From assembly GCA_963775425.1 (NCBI GenBank), contig CAVZJB010000016.1, positions 1,024,001-1,088,000 on the forward strand: DNA of 64,000 bases. The letters run 5' to 3'. Positions 59,101-64,000 of the stretch are shown in pieces. The stretch's first letter is position 1, and each line of letters starts with the position of its first letter. The notes beneath the pieces were generated by a model that was not told the DNA's origin, did no database searches, and was given only the letters and a program-made list of their open reading frames with translations. The translations under genes were made by a program, and so were the position numbers. The stretch comes from an uncultured delta proteobacterium. Lineage in GTDB: Bacteria; Myxococcota; UBA727; VGSZ01.

Positions 59101-59769
59101 GGTGAGCTTTCCCCGCCGGGCGCGATCGATGAGATCGATGTACGCCTCGAGGAACGCGCGGAAGTCGAGCTTCTGCGCGGCCTTCACGTTGGGCACCACC
59201 AGCGTGCGCCCGCCGCCGCGGCCGGGGAGGTCGATGGCGATGCCGAGGTTGACGTCGTCGCGGACGATGCGCGCGGGCTTGCCCCCGACGACGGCGAAGC
59301 CGTGGTTCATCGAGGTCACCTGGTGCACGGCCTTCACCAGCGCGAACGCGATGATGTGCGTGTAGCTCGCGCGCGGCCGCGCGTCGTCCTCGAGGTACGT
59401 GTTGATGACGCGGCGGTTCTCCTCGAGCACCTTGACCGGCACCGTGCGCGACGACATCGCCGTGGGCAGCTCGAGCGACGCCTCCATGTTCTCGACGATC
59501 TTCGCGGCCACGCCGACGAGCAGCTCCGCCGACCCCGCCGGCGGCGGCGCAGGCGCAGGCGCAGGCGCAGGCGCGGACGGACGGACGGACACCGCATGCT
59601 GCGGCGCGGGCCCCCCGTTGCCGCCGTCGCCGGCGGCGGGTGCCGCAACGTCGGCGGCGAAGAACGCGCGCCACTCGTCGGCGACGCTCATCGGATCCTG
59701 CGCCCACTGCGCACGCAAGGACTCCACGTAGCTCGCGTTCACACCGAAGCGGGAGGCCGAGTCGACCAT
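56107..59769 (-). CDS. sucA: Multifunctional 2-oxoglutarate dehydrogenase E1 with N-terminal E2-like acyltransferase domain (OdhA/Kgd type)
   Basis: FGVNASYVE; E2-like TLTNPGGIGT and TYDHRIIQGA; then E1 motifs GMAHRGRLN, GDVKYHLG, HGDAAFAGQG and LLPHGYDGQGPEHSSAR. Confidence 0.95.
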   Translation of the reverse strand: MVDSASRFGVNASYVESLRAQWAQDPMSVADEWRAFFAADVAAPAAGDGGNGGPAPQHAVSVRPSAPAPAPAPAPPPAGSAELLVGVAAKIVENMEASLELPTAMSSRTVPVKVLEENRRVINTYLEDDARPRASYTHIIAFALVKAVHQVTSMNHGFAVVGGKPARIVRDDVNLGIAIDLPGRGGGRTLVVPNVKAAQKLDFRAFLEAYIDLIDRARRGKLTAADFDGTTMTLTNPGGIGTVASAPRLMPGQGAIIATGAIGYPAEYEAMAPDTIRQLGVGKVMTVTSTYDHRIIQGAESGAYLQRVHELLNGEHGFYDELFQAIRIPHHPYRLKRDRAVIGGSFADTEKAMRVSQLIHAFRVRGHIVANVDPLDLKPREHADVNIDQYGLTIWDLDREFLTLGVCEKPIAPLREILERLRDTYCRRLGLEYMHIADVEQRTWLKQRVERKPDVLSIDDKKQILATLCQAQGFERFLHKRYIGQKRFSVEGAESAMVMLVEGLDMAAAFGATEAVIGMAHRGRLNVLANVIGKPLEAIFAEFEDFDAGPARAPGPGGAEGSGDVKYHLGAKGVHKWKGLTLDGSAHVEERALRLELACNPSHLEAVDPVVLGQTRAKQDMTGDRARRKVVPFLIHGDAAFAGQGVVYEVLQMSGLNGYRVGGTVHVIINNQIGYTTGPERARTSMNCSDIARAIQAPILRVNGDDPEACVRAMRIACEYRMKFARDVVIDMVCYRRWGHNEGDEPSFTQPILYRAIEGHEPTQDHYSALLVRRGDLSDDEVKAVDAAVHERLEAAFGAIKEKGRAAVPPARRTGSLALSDVVDPDTVDTTVPVDTLKRITDRITYAPEVIEIHPRVKTQILDKRRSMVFEGKPGIDFGMAENLAFGSLLLEGVPVRLSGQDVGRGTFAQRHAVLYDVNDGRPYIPLNFLHKSRDEGEEQWHPSRFRIYDSLLSEEAVLGFEYGYSVSHPDSLVLWEAQFGDFWNGAQVQVDQFIAAGEAKWGQRSRVVMLLPHGYDGQGPEHSSARVERFLQLCADDNMRVAIASTPAQYFHLIRRQAKLPKKPLIVFTHKSLLRADDAASHVDDLAGGRFEPVLEDPRRTRGPACRRLVLCTGKLYWDIDRTRRKEPKGDVAVVRVEQLYPFPEERVRAVLDDVRPDEVVWAQEEPENMGAWSFMEPRLRALGVTARYVGRPAQASPAAGSHKRHVAEQKAIVDAALA

Positions 59770-59886
59770 GCGACCGCTGTACCAACGAGTCCCGTCATCG
59801 TCGAGGACCTGAGCGTTGTTAGAGCAAACCGTGGCGTCGTAAATCCGCGGCCCCCTCACCGGCCGGTCGCTGAGAGGAGCACCTTC

Positions 59887-60279
59887 ATGCAGCCCGCACT
59901 CCCCCCCGTTCAGACTGCGTCCACCGGGGAGCTCGTGTCCGAGCTCGTCCGGCAGACCGGCGATCTCGTCAAAGCCGAGCTGTCCCTCGCGCGGACCGAG
60001 CTGCGCCACGACGTGCAGGCGGAGCTGTCGATGGTCGCGCGCGCCGCCGTCGCCGTGGTCTGCGTCCTGTGGGCCGTCGACGCGTTGCTCGTGGCAGCGG
60101 TGCTCGGCCTCGCCGTCGCGCTCCCGGCGTGGCTGGCGGCCCTGATCGTCGCCGCCGGCCTTCTCGCCGTCGCGCTCGTCGCCGGGCTGCTCGCGTGGTC
60201 GAAGCGCACCCGTCCCCTCTCACGAACCGCGCGAACGCTTCAGGAGAATGTGCGATGGGCGAAACAACGACTGGCGTAG
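59887..60279 (+). CDS. Holin-superfamily-like membrane protein (YqjE/DUF1469 type)
   Basis: STGELVSEL...LVKAELSLARTEL, two TM helices and RTLQENVRW, with an AGGAG RBS. Confidence 0.82.
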   Translation: MQPALPPVQTASTGELVSELVRQTGDLVKAELSLARTELRHDVQAELSMVARAAVAVVCVLWAVDALLVAAVLGLAVALPAWLAALIVAAGLLAVALVAGLLAWSKRTRPLSRTARTLQENVRWAKQRLA

Positions 60280-60746
60280 ACACCCCCGACCTGCTCGAGC
60301 TGCAGATCGACAACATCCGCAACAACGTCATCGGCATCGTCGACGAGCTCGACCACCGGCGGCAGGACTGGGGTGCGCGCCTCAAGCACCGCACGAGCAT
60401 GGTCGCGCTGGGCGGGCTCGTCCTCGTCGCCGGCGCGGTCGCCGCGGGCGTGCTCCTCGGCCGGCGGCGGCGACATCATCGTCGGCTCGCGGGACGCGCG
60501 AGGAACCTGGGCCGCGCCGTGGCCCGCGTCGCCGACGATCCCGACGTGCTGCTGCGGCGGCCCTCGATGTCCGCCCGCGTGCTGGGCGCGGCGCTGGCGG
60601 CGGTGGCGGCGACGGTGGCCAAACAGCTCACGATCCGCGCGCTGGCGGCGCCGAAGGCCCCGCGGCAACTGCAGGCGCCGTCGCGGGTGGAGCGAGCGGC
60701 CGCGCGGCAGGCGAGCAAGCAGCCGTGGCGCGCGCTCAACCCATGA
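60255..60746 (+). CDS. DUF3618-like membrane protein
   Basis: LELQIDNIRNNVIGIVDELDHR followed by a TM helix. This is the usual partner of the preceding family. Confidence 0.65.
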   Translation: MGETTTGVDTPDLLELQIDNIRNNVIGIVDELDHRRQDWGARLKHRTSMVALGGLVLVAGAVAAGVLLGRRRRHHRRLAGRARNLGRAVARVADDPDVLLRRPSMSARVLGAALAAVAATVAKQLTIRALAAPKAPRQLQAPSRVERAAARQASKQPWRALNP

Positions 60747-60764
60747 GCGAGGGCGGGGGAGCGC

Positions 60765-61244
60765 TCAGCCGGCCTGGGTGCCGATGATGCGGCCGTAGAT
60801 CTGCTCCTGCATCTCCTGGAGGTGCTTGAGGAGCTGGAGCATGTTGTGCTCGCGGGTGGCCGAGGCGCGCATGCGGTCGGCGTCCTCGGGCTTCACGCCG
60901 GAGGGCAGCTTGAGCGCCTGCGTCAGCGCCTTCGCGGTGTCCGTCGCCGCACGCTGAAGCGCCCGGCGGATCATCATGTGGTCGTGGCGGGGGCCCGTGG
61001 GCGTAGCGAAGGGGTTCGCCGCCTCCGGCACCGCCAGCCGCAGCGTCTCCGACGACGTCGAAGGCTGGATGAACTCCACCGGCCCGCGCTGGGCGATGGG
61101 AGCGACATCCGACTTCTGCACCTTGGCAGGTGTCTGGTGGACCTTCAGCTCGTCGGCGGTCATCCCCGCCGGGCCGATGGCGCCGCCGGACGGAGAGACC
61201 CACGGGAACCTGCGCACCTGCCGTTTTTGTAGCTCTTCCGCCAT
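60765..61244 (-). CDS. Hypothetical protein downstream of sctU; candidate T3SS substrate
   Basis: GAGG RBS, Pro-rich N-terminus and C-terminal amphipathic helix MLQLLKHLQEMQEQIYGRIIGTQAG. Confidence 0.7.
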   Translation of the reverse strand: MAEELQKRQVRRFPWVSPSGGAIGPAGMTADELKVHQTPAKVQKSDVAPIAQRGPVEFIQPSTSSETLRLAVPEAANPFATPTGPRHDHMMIRRALQRAATDTAKALTQALKLPSGVKPEDADRMRASATREHNMLQLLKHLQEMQEQIYGRIIGTQAG

Positions 61245-61264
61245 GGGCACGACCTCAGCGACGA

Positions 61265-61290
61265 TTATCGCCGAACGGGGCCGGGGGTTG
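61265..61290 (-). promoter_or_regulatory. Putative sigma28(FliA)-like promoter, copy 2, embedded in the 3' end of sctU
   Basis: The minus strand reads CAAC-ccccggccccgttcg-GCGATAA (15-nt spacer). The TAA is the sctU stop, 20 nt upstream of ATG 61244. Confidence 0.6.
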
Positions 61291-62413
61291 TGGCCGGCTG
61301 TTTCTGTTGATTTTGCGGTGACTTACGTCGGCGCCGCTCCTCGGCCGCCTTGGCCTCGCGCTCCTTCAGCTCGTAGACGAAGTTCAGGACCTCGGCGACG
61401 GCCTCGTAGAGCTCCTCGGGGATCTCCTCGTCGAGCTCGAGCTTGTTGAGCGCCTGCGCGAGCGGGACGTTTCGCAGGATGGGGACGCCCGCGTCGCGCG
61501 CGATGTCCTTGATGGTCTCCGCGTTCTTGCGCATGCCCTTGGCGACGACACGCGGCGCGCCGCCGTTTTCCTTGTCGTACTTGATGGCGACGGCAATGTG
61601 AGCAGGGTTCACGACGACAGCATCGGCGTTGGCCACGTTTTGTTGACTCCCATGCAGGATCAGCTCCTCGGCGAGCGCGCGCCGCTCGGACTTCATGTGC
61701 GGATCGCCCTCGGACTGCTTGTATTCCTGCTTCACGTCGTACTTCGACATCTTCATGTCTTTCATGAAGACGTGCCGCTGCCAGAAGAAGTCGGCGACCG
61801 CGATGATGACGAAGAGGAAGCCGACGCGGACGGCGATGTTGTACATGATCTGCCCGCCGACGGCGACGCCGGTCCACAGGTCGATGCGCGCCGACAACAC
61901 CACCTCGCGGGCGCTCTCCTTCACGCTGCTGTAGGCCACGTAGCTCACCATGAGGAACTTGATGAGCTGCTTGAGGCTCTCGACGAGCTTCTTCTTGGAG
62001 AAGAGGTTCTTGAAGCCGTCGACCGGGTTGAGCTTCTTGATGTCGGGCTTCAGCGGCTCCGCGGTGAAGAGGAAGCCGACCTGCATGTAGTTCGACACGA
62101 GCGCGGACACGACGGCGGCGCCGAGGATGGGCGCGCACGCGAGGAACACCGTCCACAGCGCCTGCTGCAGAACGTCGACGACGATGGGGAGGTCGCCACC
62201 GCGGCGGACGGCGCTGTCGATGGCCGCCCACAAAAACCTGCGCAGCCGGTCCGCCGTCATGCTGAAGGTGAGCGCCGTCGTCGCAAAGACGATGATGAAG
62301 CCGAGGGCCTGGATGGCGTCCTGGCTCTTGGACACCTGGCCCTTGTCGCGCGCCTGCTTCAGCTTTTGCGGCGAGGCCTCCTCGGTCTTCTCGCCGGTTC
62401 CGCCGTCGGACAT
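61265..62413 (-). CDS. sctU: Type III export apparatus switch protein SctU/FlhB family
   Basis: GEKTEEASPQKLKQARDKGQVSKS, KLNPVDGFKNLFS, MKMSKYDVKQEYKQSEGDP, NPAH, APRVVAKG and NVPLAQAL. Confidence 0.93.
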   Translation of the reverse strand: MSDGGTGEKTEEASPQKLKQARDKGQVSKSQDAIQALGFIIVFATTALTFSMTADRLRRFLWAAIDSAVRRGGDLPIVVDVLQQALWTVFLACAPILGAAVVSALVSNYMQVGFLFTAEPLKPDIKKLNPVDGFKNLFSKKKLVESLKQLIKFLMVSYVAYSSVKESAREVVLSARIDLWTGVAVGGQIMYNIAVRVGFLFVIIAVADFFWQRHVFMKDMKMSKYDVKQEYKQSEGDPHMKSERRALAEELILHGSQQNVANADAVVVNPAHIAVAIKYDKENGGAPRVVAKGMRKNAETIKDIARDAGVPILRNVPLAQALNKLELDEEIPEELYEAVAEVLNFVYELKEREAKAAEERRRRKSPQNQQKQPATTPGPVRR

Positions 62414-62499
62414 GGGGGCAACATACCGCGCCACGACGTCACCGTGTCCCTGTGCAGGAACGGCCGGCGTGCTATGCGGCACCTCCCACGAGGTGCGCG

Positions 62500-63357
62500 G
62501 TGACGGTTGGCGGCGGCGGCGGCAAGAAGATCCCCCCGGGAGGGCCTCAAAAGGCCCCCAAGCCGCCGTCCACCCCGCCGTCGACGGCGGCGGACCCGGG
62601 CAAGACCGAGGCCCCCGACAAGCCGGCCGCGGCCGAGCAGGCGCTGCGCACGGACGCCTTCGAGGGCGGCTTCAAGTCCATGTCTCGCGGCACCACCGAC
62701 GTCACCCGCCTCGACGCCGTCCTCGAGGGCGCCTTCGCCCACGCCTCCACTCCTTCGGGCATCGAGAGCCTCGTGCGCATGCTCGAGGCCGCGCGCACGC
62801 AGCTCGCGGCGGAGCACCGGGCGCTGCGGGAGCAGGCGCAGTCCGCGGTGGAGCGGCTCGTTCAGTCGGGCTTCTCGCCGGCGCAGCTCGACAAGGCGCG
62901 CCATGAGCTCCTCGAGCTCCGAAAGAAGATGGCCGCGCTGAGAAAGCGCCTCCACCACCTGCAGCGGCGGCTGAAGACGGCGTTCGCGTCGGCGGGCAAG
63001 ACCGGCGACGCCAACTTCGCCAAGCTGCTCGGCGCCCAGCTCTCCAAGCTGCGGCAGATGGAGCCGGGCCTGTCGCGGGCCTTGCTCGCGCTGTCCACCA
63101 TCGAGCAGGCGTACGGCTCCTTCGCCGACGGCTCCACGGCCGTCCTGCGCGTGCACGTCGGCGAGACCGGCGCCGGCCGCCTCGGCGACGCGCTCGCCGC
63201 GCTCGCCCCGGGCGCCGCGGTCTCGCTCGCTTCGCTCACGCTCCTGCGCGAGGGCGCCGGCGCCGCGCCCCCGGCCGGCGACGACGTCGACGCCCCCGAA
63301 GCCCTCGACGGCCTGCGTGCCCTCACCGACGCCCTCGTGCCGCCCGGTCGCAAGTGA
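62500..63357 (+). CDS. Hypothetical coiled-coil protein, divergent from sctU
   Basis: GAGG RBS, Gly/Pro-rich N-terminus and a long heptad-like helical centre. Confidence 0.75.
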   Translation: MTVGGGGGKKIPPGGPQKAPKPPSTPPSTAADPGKTEAPDKPAAAEQALRTDAFEGGFKSMSRGTTDVTRLDAVLEGAFAHASTPSGIESLVRMLEAARTQLAAEHRALREQAQSAVERLVQSGFSPAQLDKARHELLELRKKMAALRKRLHHLQRRLKTAFASAGKTGDANFAKLLGAQLSKLRQMEPGLSRALLALSTIEQAYGSFADGSTAVLRVHVGETGAGRLGDALAALAPGAAVSLASLTLLREGAGAAPPAGDDVDAPEALDGLRALTDALVPPGRK

Positions 63358-63358
63358 C

Positions 63359-64000
63359 ATGTCGTTCCTCGCGCTCACCGACGACGAGCTCGCGCTTCTG
63401 CGCTTCACGTGTGACCTGTTCTTCGTCGAGGAGTCCCCGCTGTACGCGCTAGAGCAGGAGCAGCGGGAGCCGGAGGACTACGGCGCCGCGTACCACGCGC
63501 TCGTCGAGCGCGGCATCATCGATCCCCACGGCTTCCGCATCACCGACGACGCGCTCAACCGTGTCGCGCCCGTCACGGAGTGCGATGCGCGCGTGATGCA
63601 CGTGGTGGCGCCGCGCGGGGAGCCGGCGCGGCGCACGGACCATTGGCTCCTCGACGAGATCGCGGTCAGCTACGAGCACATCGACGGCCGCCACGTCTTC
63701 GGCACGGACCTCGATCAGGACGAGCTCGTCGAGTCCCTGGCCCGCCACCTGCTGCCGCGCCGCGCGGGCGGCGATCGCCTCGACCTCGTCGTCACCGCGC
63801 TCGAGTTCACGGCGCTCGGCGTCCTGCTCGAGTACGTGCGCGGCACCCAGAATCGCGAGGTGCCGCTCCTCGAGGCGCGGCGGATCTTCAAGAAGCCGCC
63901 GCCGGAGGAGCAGGCGGCGCCGGCGTTGCCCTTGCTGCTGCCGCGCCGGCCGGCGACGCGCTCCAGGGCCGGCGCGGTCGTCGACGATCCCGCGTGGGAC
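63359..64000 (+). CDS. Hypothetical protein, partial (runs off the window)
   Basis: Not in the ORF track. ATG lies 1 bp after the upstream stop and the frame is open to the window end: MSFLALTDDELALLRFTCDLFFVEESPL...YHALVERGIIDP... Confidence 0.75.
   Translation, partial: MSFLALTDDELALLRFTCDLFFVEESPLYALEQEQREPEDYGAAYHALVERGIIDPHGFRITDDALNRVAPVTECDARVMHVVAPRGEPARRTDHWLLDEIAVSYEHIDGRHVFGTDLDQDELVESLARHLLPRRAGGDRLDLVVTALEFTALGVLLEYVRGTQNREVPLLEARRIFKKPPPEEQAAPALPLLLPRRPATRSRAGAVVDDPAWD

Noticed and set aside
59887-60746. Holin-family gene as evidence of a prophage
   Set aside because: This family with its DUF3618-like partner is a common chromosomal pair. No endolysin, capsid or integrase genes are present.

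Overview
This is a very GC-rich, densely coding bacterial chromosomal segment. Its gene content looks Myxococcota-like (REC-DUF4388 regulator, Hsp70/J paralog pair, PEGA-domain Ser/Thr kinase, many lipoproteins); that taxonomy is an inference. Most of it is housekeeping: pyrF, rlmB, lolA, an M16 peptidase pair, a complete assimilatory sulfate-reduction operon, KamA, prolyl oligopeptidase, tsaB, recN/hrpB/SRAP/rarA, amidohydrolase, parvulin, sixA, a fused E1-alpha/beta dehydrogenase and an OdhA-type oxoglutarate dehydrogenase. I saw no rRNA, tRNA, CRISPR array, transposase or integrase. The most interesting signal is a dispersed type III secretion-like system in two islets about 38 kb apart. 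Islet A (21.6-24.0 kb) has two SycD/LcrH-like TPR chaperones flanking a Gly-rich protein with an EspA/SseB/Bsp22-like C-terminus. Islet B (60.8-64 kb) has an orphan SctU/FlhB with an NPAH motif among unknown genes. The candidate secreted gene of each islet is preceded by the same sigma28-like motif, CAACC-N14-GCGATAA. Other observations are a recurrent G(C/G)TA-N10-start motif suggesting widespread leaderless transcription, a ~640-nt palindrome-rich intergenic region, and several single-base indels (recN, hrpB, one gene fusion) that are probably sequencing errors. All calls come from reading motifs by eye; no database search was run.
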